In this document: in pieces, positions 10,273 to 20,234 of the stretch
Numbering within the stretch: the first letter of the stretch is position 1
Layout of the letters: each line of letters begins with the position of its first letter
Assembly (NCBI GenBank): GCA_963666055.2
Contig: CAXWPH010000002.1
Span: forward strand, 128,001 to 192,000
Reading direction: 5' to 3'
DNA length: 64,000 nt
DNA from: Acidobacteriota bacterium
GTDB lineage: Bacteria > Acidobacteriota > UBA890 > WLXD01
Notes under the pieces: generated by a model
What the model saw: the letters and a program-made list of their open reading frames with translations, nothing else
What the model was told of the DNA's origin: nothing
Database searches by the model: none
Program-made: the position numbers and the translations under genes

Positions 10273-10980
10273 CTCCGTCACGAACGTCAGAATCTGCCGC
10301 GGGTGCTCGGCACGGTAGTGGGGTTCGGCGGACCAATGCGAGTCGTCGGACAAGGGCCCATAGACGGCGCTGATGCCAATTACCTCCACCGGAATTCCCT
10401 GGCCGGCGTAATGGAGGTTGGTGTTGTGAACGCACTCGATATCCGACTCGTGGTCACCGACGTAGATGATGCGGCCGGGTCGTGTCCCCGTCAGGCGCTC
10501 GACGCAGGCCACGAGCGCGTCCGGCTGAGGTTTTTGTCGCCCGGGATCGACGGTTTCGAACCCCATCACCTCGTCGAAGTGCGCTTCCAGCTGCAGCCGT
10601 TCGAGAAAGCGGATGATGTTTTGAGTTGCGTTGAGCGACACGATGCCGTGCGATAGGTGCGCCAGCCCTTCCAGGACCTCGGGAATACCGTCGTAGGAGG
10701 CTGTAGCAGTCTCGTCGGCGAGTTGCTCATCCCGCCAGCTCGACTCGGCCAGCCGGATCTGATCGTCCGTCATTTCAAGTTCCTGTCGATAAAAGTCCTT
10801 CCAATGCCGGTGCCGATGGAGGGCGCGCTCGTAGCGCTGCAGCGAGCGCAGAGCATCGAAGACGTCGGGCGACTCTCCCTTGATGCGCTGCACCAGCGTC
10901 CGCGTGACGTTGAAGTTCTTCTGGCGCGTGTCGACCAACGTGCCGTCGAAATCCCAGATGACCGCCTGCACCTCGCGCAT
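10252..10980 (-). CDS. HAD-IA family hydrolase (phosphoglycolate phosphatase-like)
   Basis: IWDFDGTLVDT, KPQPD and YVGDHESD motifs. Confidence 0.88.
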   Translation of the reverse strand: MREVQAVIWDFDGTLVDTRQKNFNVTRTLVQRIKGESPDVFDALRSLQRYERALHRHRHWKDFYRQELEMTDDQIRLAESSWRDEQLADETATASYDGIPEVLEGLAHLSHGIVSLNATQNIIRFLERLQLEAHFDEVMGFETVDPGRQKPQPDALVACVERLTGTRPGRIIYVGDHESDIECVHNTNLHYAGQGIPVEVIGISAVYGPLSDDSHWSAEPHYRAEHPRQILTFVTELLAVSS

Positions 10981-11080
10981 ACGGTGAGACTAGCAGGCGA
11001 TGGTGGAAGTCGGCCCACTACACTTCCACCGCGGCCTTCTAACCGATCGCCCGGCGCGCTTGACGGGACAATGGAGCCTG

Positions 11081-11099
11081 TATTAAACGATGTTTAGTA
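11081..11099. promoter_or_regulatory. Palindromic operator upstream of the second PadR
   Basis: TATTAAAC-GAT-GTTTAGTA near-perfect palindrome. A TTGACG -35-like hexamer lies at 11060-11065. Confidence 0.6.
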
Positions 11100-11121
11100 A
11101 ATCAGGAGAGGCGCGATCCCA

Positions 11122-11460
11122 ATGGGCAAGAAGGGCTATCTGGGGGAGTTTGAGCACATCGTCTTGTTGGCGCTAGTGCGTCTCGGCGGTGAGGCCGCTG
11201 GCCGAGCCATCTACGAGGAGATCGACCGGCTGGCCAGCACTTCGGTGGCCATCACGGCGGTCTATGTGACCCTTTCGCGGCTCGAAAAGAAGAGCTATGT
11301 CTCCGCGAAGCTCTCCGCGCCCACCCCCGTACGCGGCGGGCGAGCCACCAAGAGCTTTCGGATCGAGGCCGCCGGCCTGGCGGCGCTGCAGCGCTCACGC
11401 CAACAGCTCGAACGGTTCTGGGATGGGGTCGAGATCGGCTCCGAGGCCGAAGGTCGATGA
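11122..11460 (+). CDS. PadR-family transcriptional regulator
   Basis: LGEFEHIVLLALVRL...AVYVTLSRLEKK...RGGRA motifs. Confidence 0.92.
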   Translation: MGKKGYLGEFEHIVLLALVRLGGEAAGRAIYEEIDRLASTSVAITAVYVTLSRLEKKSYVSAKLSAPTPVRGGRATKSFRIEAAGLAALQRSRQQLERFWDGVEIGSEAEGR

Positions 11461-13262
11461 TGCCGCCGGTGTGGGCTGGTTGCCTGAGGGTCTTGTTGCC
11501 GCCGAGACTGCGCTCCGCGGTGATGCGGGATACCTGCACGACGTTCGAGAACCTCGAGGCGCGCCTCGGGCGTCGAGCCGCGCTGCGATGGCTGCGCAGC
11601 CAGGTGCGTGGCGCCGTCGGGCCCTCCCTGCGACATCGGCTCGAATCGGGCGCTGTACCGATGCGACATATCAGGTGCGCCGTGACCAGCCTGGGCGCGG
11701 ATGTTCGCCAGGCGGTGCGCGGTGCAGTGCATCAGCCGGGCTTCAGCGTTGCAGTCGTGCTCACCCTCGGTCTGGGGATTGGCGGCACCGTCGCCATCTT
11801 CAGTGTTGTCGACGCGGTGTTACTGCGCCCGCTGCCGTATCTGGACGCCGAACGGCTTGTTCGGGTCTGGGAGTCAAATGCCATGCTCGGATTCCTCGAA
11901 GATGGCCCATCGCCGGCCAATTTCCTCGACTGGGAAGCGCGCAACGAGGTGTTCGATGGCATTGCGGCGTGGTGGCCGGAGACCGCCATATACAAGTCCG
12001 CCGACCGCGCCGAACAGCTGGAGGTAGCGCATGTTTCTGGCGATTTCTTCCGCCTTCTAGGCACCGAGCCGCTGCTCGGCCGCCTGCTCTCGCCCGACGA
12101 TGCGGTCGGCTCGTGGTACGACAACAGCGGCAATCACTACGGCGCCGAGCCGCTGATCGCGGTGAGCCACCAGTTCTGGAGCTCCCGCCTCGGGGCTGAT
12201 CCACAGGCCGTTGGGCGAGTCATCGAGGTGAATCGTGTGCTGTGGCGGATCGTCGGCGTGATGCCGGCGAGCTTCGCCCTACCCAGGGCGGATATCGACC
12301 TGTGGAACTCTTGGGATCTCGGGGCGCGCGCCCGATCGACCGCCGGCCAGCCTTCGCGTGACTCGCGGTTTCTTGGTGTGGTCGCGCGCCTCCGTGAAGG
12401 ATTGCACATGTCGGCAGCCCAGCTACGGCTGGACGCTCTTGCAGCCGCGCTCGCCACCGAATATCCGGCCACCAACGCCGGTTGGGGTATCCGCGTTACG
12501 CCGCTCAGCGGTCAACTGATCGACCCGGCCCGGCGGCCGCTCGGGGTGCTGTCCGGTGCTGTCGGACTTCTTTTGTTGACGGCTTGCGCCAACGTTGCGG
12601 GATTGCTGTTGGCGCGGTCCACGGCGCGTCGTGGCGTCGGTGTAGTAGGTGACGTTCGCCACCACGACTTGCGCCAGGGGCCACAGCCCGAGATTTTCCT
12701 TCCCTACGCCCAGAACCCGTATCCAGCGCTCAACGTGGTGTTGCGGACCCGTCCGGGTGAGGCGCCCAGTATCGCCGCGATCGAGGCGCTGGTGACGGAG
12801 ATCAATCCCGATCAACCCGTGCACAGCGTGGTGGCGATGCGCGAGCTGGTCGCTGCCACGCTGGCACGGCAACGCTTTGCCGCCACGCTGCTGATCGTCT
12901 TCGCTGGCATCGCGCTGCTGCTGACCACCGTCGGGACCTACGGGGTCGTCGCCTGGTCGGTGAGCCGTCGCGTGCGCGAGCTGGGTATCCGCTCGGCGCT
13001 CGGCGCACGCTCCTCGGAGGTGCGCGTGATGGTCGTCCGCGAGGGCCTGGGTCTTGGCATGATGGGTGTGCTTATGGGTCTCGGTGCCTCGCTGTTGCTC
13101 ATCCGGTCGCTGGACGGATTGCTGTATGAAGTGCGCAGTGACGACGCTGCGACCCGCTTCATTGTGGGTGCGGGACTGCTCGTGGTCACCGCCGCCGCGA
13201 GCTACTTGCCGGCGCGGCGTGCCTCGGCGGTGGAACCGACCGAGGCCTTGCGGTCCGAGTAG
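11457..13262 (+). pseudogene. ADOP-type ABC permease with a large in-frame internal deletion
   Basis: 601 aa versus about 890 aa for its two paralogues. CANVAGLLLARSTARR is joined directly to GVGVVGDVRH at about 12632. Confidence 0.8.
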
Positions 13263-13357
13263 CATCCCGGCCGGCGTTCGACTCTCCCCGGAAACCAGCA
13301 TACTGGGTGGTGTCGATATCGTCCGCGTTACGGCGGCACGAGTGATCCCGGGAAGCC

Positions 13358-13948
13358 ATGATTGAATCGCTCGCACATTGGATCGAGGGTTCGGGCGCCC
13401 TCGTGTACGCGCTCGCCCCGCTGTTTACCTTGCTCGTGGCAATCTTGCCGATTCCGGCCGAGATCCCCGCTCTGCTGAACGGCATGGTATTCGGCCCGCT
13501 CTGGGGCACGCTCATCACCTGGCTCTTCGCTCTTGCGGGGGCACAGATCAGCTTTGAGCTCGCCCGTCGCTTCGGACGCCCCCTGGGCGACCGGCTCATG
13601 CCGGCAGGCGTTCTGCACCGTGCCGATCGCGCCGTGCAGTCGGCTGGCTGGCCGGTGCTGTTGACCCTGCGCCTCCTCCCTACGGTTGCTTTCACCGCGG
13701 TCAACTGGGCCGCGGGGCTGACGATGGTTTCCCGGTGGACGTTCGTGTGGACCACGGCTCTGGGCATTCTCCCCGGCGCCATTGTCTTCACGCTTACCGG
13801 GACGGGGCTCGGCCCGCTGCTTCGCGGCGGCCCTGCAGAGTCCATGGGCGCTTGGCCGTGGGTCGCCGCCGCGATGCTGACGGTGGTACTGACGGCGTGG
13901 CTCTGGCGCCGCAGGGGGCGTTCGGATGCGGACACGCCGTCCCGCTAG
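13358..13948 (+). CDS. DedA/VTT (TVP38/TMEM64, SNARE-associated) membrane protein
   Basis: LPIPAE, GMVFGPLWG, FELARRFGR, LRLLP and TALGILPG motifs. Confidence 0.9.
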   Translation: MIESLAHWIEGSGALVYALAPLFTLLVAILPIPAEIPALLNGMVFGPLWGTLITWLFALAGAQISFELARRFGRPLGDRLMPAGVLHRADRAVQSAGWPVLLTLRLLPTVAFTAVNWAAGLTMVSRWTFVWTTALGILPGAIVFTLTGTGLGPLLRGGPAESMGAWPWVAAAMLTVVLTAWLWRRRGRSDADTPSR

Positions 13949-13991
13949 TGGAACAGTCGCGACCAAGTGCTCTTGTGTGTCACGACGCAGG

Positions 13992-16658
13992 CTACTCGCC
14001 GCGTAGTGACACCGCCGGATCGATCGAGGCCGCTCGTCGCGCCGGCAGCACCGAAGCCACAACAGCGGCGACCAAGAGACAGGCGACGACGGCGAGATAG
14101 GTGGTGGGCTCCGTCGGACTCACGCCGAACAGTAGTGCCGCGATCCATCGTGACGTGATGATGGCGAGCAACAGGCCAATCACCAGCCCACCTCCGACCA
14201 TCCTGCTGCTCTGGCCAAGCACCATGCGCACCACATCGCTGCTGCTGGCCCCGAGCGCCATCCGTACGCCGACTTCGTGCTGTCGCTGCGACACCAGGTA
14301 ACTGAGCACCCCGTACACCCCGAGAGCTGCCAGAAACAGAGCAATGAGCGAGAAGATCCCCAGGATTGTCGACGCGAAGCGCTGGCGCGACACCGAATTC
14401 TCCAGCGTCGACGTCATCGTGTCGATGTTGTAGACGGCGAGCTCCCTGTCCAGCGACCAGATACCCGAGCGCACCGACGCAACCATGTCGAGCGGGTCGC
14501 CGTTGGTGCGCACCATCAGAGTGACTACTCCGAACGCCGGCGCTTGTAGCAGGTTCACGTACATCGCCGGGGGCGCGTCGCGATCCAGTCCCAGCGTTCT
14601 TTCGTTCTCGATCACGCCGAGGACGCGGCGTGGTATCCCCGCCCACGGTAGCTCGAGCTGGTGCTCGAGTGGCTCGAGTCCGTCGAAGTAGCGCTCTCGG
14701 GCGGCGCGGTTGATAAGCACCACGGGCTCGCTCTGCGCATCGTCGGTGGCATCCATCAGTCGACCGTGGAGAAGCGTTGCACCGACGGTGTCGAAGTAGG
14801 TCGGAGTCACCAGGCGTAAGGTGATCTCACCCTGCCCCGCGTTGTAGGGGATGCCGACGATCCCGAAGCTGTTGGTGAAGCCAGCCTGGAGTGGGTGGTT
14901 CGAGGCAAGCGCGGCCGCGCGCACGCCCGGCAGTGCCTGTACGCGCTCCAGCAGCGAACCGTAGAAGTTGCGTCGTTCCGGCCAGCTGGGCCAATTCTGG
15001 AAATCGCGCGGATAGCGGGAGTCGGGAAGCTGGAAGTCGGCTCGGAGCACGTTTGCGGCGCGGAACCCGGGGTCGACTCCCTGGAGATTCCACAGCGTTC
15101 CGATGAGTAACGCGGCAGCGACCAGCAGCACCACCGCCAGAGCGGTCTGTCCCGCAACCAAGCAGCGGCGCATGAACAGCTTCGACACGGCCGCCGCTTC
15201 GGCCTGCGAGCGTCCCTCCTTGAGGGCGCTCTGGACGTCGATCCGGCGTGCTTGGAGCGTCGGCAGCAACCCGCAACCGATGCCGATGAGCGCACTTGTC
15301 ACGGCCGCAAACAGCAACACCCGGGAGTCGATGCCGACGATCGCCTGACCGAGCAACTGCGGCGGTGCCAACGCTAGGAGCGCGCCCAAGCCGACGTTCG
15401 AGAGCACCCCGCCAGCCAGCAGTGCCAAGCCGGTCAGCAGCAACCCCTCGGTCAGGAAACGCCGTGCCAGACGCGCATCGCTGGCCCCGAGTGCCACGTA
15501 GACGGCGGTCTCCTGGGCGCGGGCGGCTCCTCGTGCCAGCAACAAGTTGGCGACGTTGGCGCAAGCGATCGCCAACACGGTCGTCACAGCCGCAAACAGC
15601 AGCCACAATGTCGTCTCGGCGCCGCCACGTCGATAGTCGGTCAGCGGCTCGACGAAGACACCGCGATTGGCGTTCTCCGGGTAGCTGGCCTCCAGATCTG
15701 CGGCAATCGACTCGAGCTCGTCGGCAGCGTTCGCAAACGATGATGCGGCGGCCAGTCGCCCCAGCACTGTCACGTCGTGTCGGGCGCGTGCCGAGTTGGT
15801 TGAGTCGCGCTGCAACGGTATCCACAGGTCGTAGTCGAGGTCGGGAAAATCCACACCGGGTGGAAGGACGCCGACGATCGTATGACTTCGATCGTTGAGC
15901 TCGATCGACGTGCCGATCACCTCCGGTGCGGCGGCGAACGCGTCCTGCCAGAAGGCGTGGGTGAGGAGCGCAACCGGCTCCCCGCCGGGGACGTCCTCGG
16001 CCGCCGTGATCGCTCGCCCGAGGGCAGGGGCCACACCGAGCACCCTCAAGAGGTCCGCGCCCGCCGTGACTACTTTGAGCCGCCGTGGCTCGCCACCGGC
16101 TCGGGTCAGATTGAGGTTGCCGGTGGCGTACATCGCCATGCCGTCGAAGGCGCGGCTACGCTCTCGGAAATCCAAGAAATCATGTACCGACGCCTGCTCG
16201 CGCACCGTTCCTGTGGCGCGGTCGTTTTCCCAGATCATCGCTAGCCGGGCAGCGTCTTCGTAGGGAAGCGGGCGCAGCAGCACGCCGTTGACGACACTGA
16301 AGATAGCGGTGGTCGTACCGATGCCGAGCGCCAGCGTGAGCACAATCACGGCGCTCAGGCCCGGCTGCCTGGTTAACGATCGGCCTGCCATACGTAGGTC
16401 TTGCCAGAGATGGTCGACCACCATGCTCCATTCCTCCCGCTCGATTCGTTGCAGCCCCAGCCGATGGCAGTCTTCGCGCACCTGCGCCCGATCGCCGAAC
16501 CTTTGCATCACATCGTGACGCGCTTCTTCTTCGGTCAGCCCGCATTGCACGAGCTCCGCGACGCGCCCGTCGATGTGGAAGTCGAGCTCGTCGTCGATAT
16601 CGGACCGCAGCACTCGGCGTGGGAACAGACGGCGCCAGACATCGCGCCAATCACGCAC
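13992..16658 (-). CDS. ADOP-type duplicated MacB/FtsX ABC permease
   Basis: N-terminal DIDDELDFHI prefix, WQDLR, LALGIGTTTAIFSVVNGVLL, RQHEVGVRMALGA and RRAASIDPAVSLR motifs. Confidence 0.93.
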   Translation of the reverse strand: MRDWRDVWRRLFPRRVLRSDIDDELDFHIDGRVAELVQCGLTEEEARHDVMQRFGDRAQVREDCHRLGLQRIEREEWSMVVDHLWQDLRMAGRSLTRQPGLSAVIVLTLALGIGTTTAIFSVVNGVLLRPLPYEDAARLAMIWENDRATGTVREQASVHDFLDFRERSRAFDGMAMYATGNLNLTRAGGEPRRLKVVTAGADLLRVLGVAPALGRAITAAEDVPGGEPVALLTHAFWQDAFAAAPEVIGTSIELNDRSHTIVGVLPPGVDFPDLDYDLWIPLQRDSTNSARARHDVTVLGRLAAASSFANAADELESIAADLEASYPENANRGVFVEPLTDYRRGGAETTLWLLFAAVTTVLAIACANVANLLLARGAARAQETAVYVALGASDARLARRFLTEGLLLTGLALLAGGVLSNVGLGALLALAPPQLLGQAIVGIDSRVLLFAAVTSALIGIGCGLLPTLQARRIDVQSALKEGRSQAEAAAVSKLFMRRCLVAGQTALAVVLLVAAALLIGTLWNLQGVDPGFRAANVLRADFQLPDSRYPRDFQNWPSWPERRNFYGSLLERVQALPGVRAAALASNHPLQAGFTNSFGIVGIPYNAGQGEITLRLVTPTYFDTVGATLLHGRLMDATDDAQSEPVVLINRAARERYFDGLEPLEHQLELPWAGIPRRVLGVIENERTLGLDRDAPPAMYVNLLQAPAFGVVTLMVRTNGDPLDMVASVRSGIWSLDRELAVYNIDTMTSTLENSVSRQRFASTILGIFSLIALFLAALGVYGVLSYLVSQRQHEVGVRMALGASSSDVVRMVLGQSSRMVGGGLVIGLLLAIITSRWIAALLFGVSPTEPTTYLAVVACLLVAAVVASVLPARRAASIDPAVSLRGE

Positions 16659-16661
16659 GCC

Positions 16662-17009
16662 TCAGTCGCTCCATTCCGGCGCAACGTCGAGCACGGCGGC
16701 GACCGCGTTGGCGTGGCGCAACCAGCGGCGCGTGTCGCGGCGCAGCCGCTCGTGTCCCGTCTGGGTGAGCTCATAGAGCTTGGCGCGCCGTTGCGTATCC
16801 GATATTCCCCATGAGCTGATGAGCAGGGCATCGCGCTCCAACCGGTGCAGCGCCGGGTACAGGGCCCCCTCTTCTATACGCAGGGCATTGCCAGCAAGCT
16901 CTTCGATGCGACGGCTGACCCCCAGTCCGTGCAGCGGGCCGTGGGTCAACGCCTGCAGGATGAGCAGGCTCAGGGAGCCGTACAGTGTTCCCGCGTCGAC
17001 GGTGCCCAT
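16662..17009 (-). CDS. PadR-family regulator (acidobacterial type)
   Basis: GSLSLLILQAL..GPLHG...IEEGALYPALHRLE...RRAKLYELT. Confidence 0.94.
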   Translation of the reverse strand: MGTVDAGTLYGSLSLLILQALTHGPLHGLGVSRRIEELAGNALRIEEGALYPALHRLERDALLISSWGISDTQRRAKLYELTQTGHERLRRDTRRWLRHANAVAAVLDVAPEWSD

Positions 17010-17054
17010 GGATGGTCTCTCCGGCGAAAATCCGGCCGCCGCCGGCTCCCTTTA

Positions 17055-17102
17055 CCTAATCTATTTAGGAGATGGAAAAATAGCATACCTAAGCTGCTAA
17101 GG
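17055..17102. promoter_or_regulatory. Tandem palindromic PadR operators
   Basis: CCTAA-tctat-TTAGG (17055-17069) and CCTAA-gctgc-TAAGG (17088-17102), 33 bp apart in an AT-rich patch. Confidence 0.65.
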
Positions 17103-17180
17103 GAAAGGATCGCATGAGCGATCCGCGCCGCAACTTGCTGCGGCGCGTCATGCGCATGCCCGGCGACGTAGACTGATGAA

Positions 17181-17993
17181 ATGAGCGTCGAATCGGTGCT
17201 GATTCCAGAGTTGGAGGGTGTCGACGGGCTAGTGTTCGACCTGGAGGGGACCCTGTACGTGGGGGACCGTCCGGTGGCCGGCGCCGCCGCATCGATTGCC
17301 ACGCTGCGCGCCCGCGGCATGCCGCTGCGCTTCCTTACCAACACCACTACGTGCGCTCATGAGGCGCTGACCGTCAAGCTCGAGGGCATGGGATTCGAGG
17401 TGTCCGGCGACGAGGTGTTCTGTGCCCCCACCGTCGCCGGCCGTTTCCTGCGAGAGAACGACGCGAGCGCCTGGCTACTCGTGTCGCCGGCTGCGCTGCC
17501 GGACTTCGATGGTGTGCGCACCGACCCCGACAATCCCGACTACGTGGTGGTGGGCGATCTGGGCGATGACTGGACGTTCGAGCTGCTGAACCGCGCCTTC
17601 GTCCTGGTGCGTGAGCGTGGCGCACGCCTCATCGGATTGGTACGAAGCCGATACTGGCTGTCGGCAGATGGCGCGCGACTCGACGTGGGGCCGTTCGTCG
17701 TAGCGCTGGAGTACGCCACGGGGCGGTCAGCCACGATCTTCGGCAAGCCGGAGCGCGCCATCTTCGAGACCGTGCTTCGCACGATGGGGCTACCGGCAGG
17801 ATCGGTCGCCATGGTCGGCGACGATCCGATCACCGATGCCGCCGCCGCCGCGGCGGTCGGGATGCGCACCGTGCTGGTACGTACCGGCAAGTATCGGGAA
17901 GGGGCCGAGGACCCGAGTGAGTCGGTCGGCGACGCCCCTGGTAACGCCGACGTGGTGGTCGACTCGGTGGCCGACCTGATCGTCTCCGGCTAG
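17181..17993 (+). CDS. HAD-IIA hydrolase (LHPP/NagD-like)
   Basis: FDLEGTLY, FLTNTT, VVVGDLG, GKPE, MVGDD and LVRTGKYR motifs. Confidence 0.9.
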   Translation: MSVESVLIPELEGVDGLVFDLEGTLYVGDRPVAGAAASIATLRARGMPLRFLTNTTTCAHEALTVKLEGMGFEVSGDEVFCAPTVAGRFLRENDASAWLLVSPAALPDFDGVRTDPDNPDYVVVGDLGDDWTFELLNRAFVLVRERGARLIGLVRSRYWLSADGARLDVGPFVVALEYATGRSATIFGKPERAIFETVLRTMGLPAGSVAMVGDDPITDAAAAAAVGMRTVLVRTGKYREGAEDPSESVGDAPGNADVVVDSVADLIVSG

Positions 17994-18269
17994 CAGGCCG
18001 TGGTGAAAGTGTGGTGGGTCTGGTTACGGCGAGTTGGGGCCAGATGCAAGGCGGCCTGACACAGGCGATGCCCTAGCCATCGTCGAGAAAGGCCAACACC
18101 GCAGATGGCCCCAAATCGCCGTAACCCTTCGGGCGACACGGGGTTGCGCGCGTATGCTGCGTCGTTCCTCGTCAACGATGGGGTAACCATCGCCTACCTC
18201 CTCTCTCTTTGCCTCCACTTCGCAAGACCCTGTCGCCAGACCCACCACACTTTCACCACGGCCTGCTAG
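17990..18269. mobile_element. MITE (non-autonomous, about 280 bp) with 34-bp terminal inverted repeats, flanked by CTAG
   Basis: The left end CTAGCAGGCCGTGGTGAAAGTGTGGTGGGTCTGG is the exact reverse complement of the right end CCAGACCCACCACACTTTCACCACGGCCTGCTAG. No transposase inside. Confidence 0.88.
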
Positions 18270-18271
18270 CG

Positions 18272-18910
18272 TCAGCTCGTCTGTGGCGCCTTCAGAGCTG
18301 CCTTGCGGTTCCGGTAAAGCTGCTGGTCCACGACCGCAGCCATCGCCTCGGCGTCCAGCCCGTACTCGAGGAATTCATCGATCACGCCAACAAACCTGGC
18401 TGGATCCTCGAGCGCGTCCTTGTAGTGCACCTCGATCATCTGGAAGTTGGGGCGATCGCGCACCAGGAACTGGACCTGCACCAGATGTCGCAGGAAGAAC
18501 TGTTTCGTTTGCAGATCGTCGAGCGGATTGTCTTCGGCGCGCCGCTCGAGCATCTTGTTCTGCGATGCCACGACCTCGTCGAGGTCGCGACGCATGAAGA
18601 TCACCTTGTAGAAGTGCTCCGCCGGCAAGTCTTTGAGCAAGTGCGAGATGACCTTCAAGACCTTGCCGCGCGCCTCGCCGACCCACGACTTATCGGTCTC
18701 GCTTTCGAGGTCCTTGACGCGCTCGTGCTCGTAGTAGCCCTTGGGGTTGTCGACATCGGCGGCGCGCTCGTTGTCCGTGAGGATGGGCAGTCCGGCGGCA
18801 TCGAGCATGCGCATCATCATCGAGGTGCCGGAACGCGGTAGCCCGGACACGATGATTACCTCGTCGCCGTACTTGCGACGGCGGAGAGCTCTCTTGAGCG
18901 AAGTCAGCAA
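18272..18910 (-). CDS. Sulfotransferase-family protein
   Basis: 5'-PSB-like IVSGLPRSGTSMMMRML, NPKGYYE and IFMRRDLDEVVASQ. Start estimated at TTG 18910. Confidence 0.85.
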   Translation of the reverse strand: MLTSLKRALRRRKYGDEVIIVSGLPRSGTSMMMRMLDAAGLPILTDNERAADVDNPKGYYEHERVKDLESETDKSWVGEARGKVLKVISHLLKDLPAEHFYKVIFMRRDLDEVVASQNKMLERRAEDNPLDDLQTKQFFLRHLVQVQFLVRDRPNFQMIEVHYKDALEDPARFVGVIDEFLEYGLDAEAMAAVVDQQLYRNRKAALKAPQTS

Positions 18911-19049
18911 GGGAATCTCTCGGCACGCAGGAGTGGATGATCGGGTCATTGTAGCAAGGCGACCACTCTGGCCCTTGCGGCGCCGGCGCCCATCTTTCGC
19001 GGTGGCGGGGCACGTCAGGGACCGCATCGTTACGTGTACACTGCGGCCT

Positions 19050-20231
19050 ATGAAATGGGCCTCGTTCTTGTCGGAGGAAGCCTGTCTCGACGTCGCCGTG
19101 CAACAGGCGTCCGGCGAGATCGATCGGGCTCTGGGGGGCCGCCAGCCCGACTTGCTATTGCTCTTTGCCTCCGATCATCACGCCGATGACTATCCGGAGG
19201 TGCCTCAGGAGGTCCGGCGATACTTCCCATCCGCACGCTTCTTGGGTTGCTCCGGTGGCGGGGTAGTGGGCGGTGGGCGCGAGATCGAGCATGCTCCCGC
19301 GCTGTCGATGACCGCCGCCGTCCTCCCGGATGTACGCATCGAACCTTTTCACCTCGACTCTGACGAGAGCGACCAATTGATCGAGGAGCCCCAGCGGTGG
19401 CACCGGTGCCTCGACGTTGACATGTCCCGGCCGGCGCACTTCGTGCTGCTGGCGGACCCCTTCAGCTGCGATGCGCGCGGGCTACTGGCCTCGCTCGACT
19501 CGGTGTATCCGGAGAGTCGCAAAGTGGGTGGGCTGGCCAGCGGAGCGAGCCGGCCTGGCGACAACGCACTGTTCATCGATGACGACGTGCGGACCGAGGG
19601 CGTTGCCGGCCTGTTGCTCAACGGTGACATCGCCATGGACACGATCGTTGCGCAGGGCTGCCGACCGATCGGTCCGCTGCTGTTCATCACCAGCGCGGTA
19701 CGCAATCGAATTCTCGAGCTTGACGGAAGACGTCCGACGGAGCTGCTCGGTGAGCTGTACGACGAGCTGTCGGTTGCAGACCGGAAACTCTTTCGACACT
19801 CATTGTTCATCGGCGTGGTGATGACGGAGGGGCGCTCGGCCTATTCGCGTGGCGACTTCCTGGTGCGCAATCTGGTGGGCGTGGAGCCCGAGACTGGCGT
19901 CATCACGGTTGGCGAGCTCGTGCAGCCGGGGCAGGTAGTGCAGTTTCACCTGCGTGATGCCGACACATCGGCAGAGGATCTCGATGCTCTGCTGCGCGAA
20001 TACAAGAACAGCAATGGTGCGACGCCCGACGGAGCGCTGCTGTTCTCTTGCCTGGGTCGCGGCGAGACACTCTACGGGGAGCCTGATCACGACAGCCGCA
20101 TGATCAATAGCCGCCTGGGTGACATGCCCATTGGTGGTTTTTTTTGCAGTGGCGAGATCGGCCCGGTTGACTGCCGCACGTTCGTACATGGTTACACCAG
20201 CTCGATCGCCCTGTTCCGGCAGGAGAGCTGA
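19050..20231 (+). CDS. FIST (NosP-like) N+C domain protein
   Basis: LGCSGGGVVG, VGGLASG, VAQGCRPIG, VQFHLRDA, LLFSCLGRG and GFFCSGEIGPV...HGYT motifs. Confidence 0.93.
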   Translation: MKWASFLSEEACLDVAVQQASGEIDRALGGRQPDLLLLFASDHHADDYPEVPQEVRRYFPSARFLGCSGGGVVGGGREIEHAPALSMTAAVLPDVRIEPFHLDSDESDQLIEEPQRWHRCLDVDMSRPAHFVLLADPFSCDARGLLASLDSVYPESRKVGGLASGASRPGDNALFIDDDVRTEGVAGLLLNGDIAMDTIVAQGCRPIGPLLFITSAVRNRILELDGRRPTELLGELYDELSVADRKLFRHSLFIGVVMTEGRSAYSRGDFLVRNLVGVEPETGVITVGELVQPGQVVQFHLRDADTSAEDLDALLREYKNSNGATPDGALLFSCLGRGETLYGEPDHDSRMINSRLGDMPIGGFFCSGEIGPVDCRTFVHGYTSSIALFRQES

Positions 20232-20234
20232 GGC

